Source of the DNA: Pseudomonadota bacterium
GTDB taxonomy: Bacteria > Bdellovibrionota > Bdellovibrionia > Bdellovibrionales > Bdellovibrionaceae
Assembly (NCBI GenBank): GCA_041178425.1
Contig: JBEGVH010000021.1
Coordinates: 32,001-96,000, forward strand
DNA: 64,000 nt
Direction of reading: 5' to 3'
Under the pieces are notes generated by a model, which saw only the letters and a list, made by a program, of their open reading frames with translations, was not told the origin of the DNA and did no database searches. Position 1 is the stretch's first letter. The number at the start of each line of letters is the position of its first letter. This document shows, piece after piece, positions 63,911 to 64,000 of the stretch. The translations under genes were made by a program, and so were the position numbers.

Positions 63911-64000
63911 TCACTGTATGAGTTGCAACAATAACTTCTGTACCTGCTCCTTATGAGTAATATGGATAAAGTGGCTTGCACCCTCCAATGGATAAATTTT
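63911..64000 (-). CDS. C-terminus of a probable alpha/beta hydrolase (5' part outside the window)
   Basis: Manual translation KIYPLEGASHFIHITHKEQVQKLLLQLIQ*, with a catalytic-His-like GASH motif. Confidence 0.55.
   Translation of the reverse strand, partial: KIYPLEGASHFIHITHKEQVQKLLLQLIQ

Overview
A 64-kb bacterial chromosomal window. Gene content and protein style suggest a Bdellovibrionota (Bdellovibrio-like) organism; this is an inference, with no database search run. Housekeeping and core genes are cca-type tRNA nucleotidyltransferase, queG, hutG, htpG, an MltB-type lytic transglycosylase, fadD, a PduO-type adenosyltransferase, gspCDEF, rpiB, glyA, asnB, tRNA-Arg(UCG) and tRNA-Arg(CCU). 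These are interspersed with many secreted or envelope hypothetical proteins. The most striking part is 13.3-30.4 kb on the minus strand. A 3,920-aa lipoprotein (12 paired Ig-like repeats, a Calx-beta-like domain and RCC1 repeats) lies upstream of three overlapping genes: a FecR/FN3 protein, an FN3 plus putative outer-membrane beta-barrel protein, and a HAMP class III cyclase that lacks both metal-binding aspartates. Both transcription units carry a sigma28(FliA)-like promoter with a GTCTCA-N3-TGAGAC-like box at exactly the same spacing. This looks like a candidate trans-envelope contact-sensing module. Other notable items are a His-less HPt-like protein with a CheZ-type tail head-to-head with a degenerate HD-GYP gene, a GT39 protein O-mannosyltransferase, a T2SS cluster that stops after gspF and is followed by secreted glycan-active proteins, a 147-bp element with perfect 28-bp inverted termini, and two candidate structured RNAs. 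I saw no integrase, transposase, CRISPR array or rRNA.
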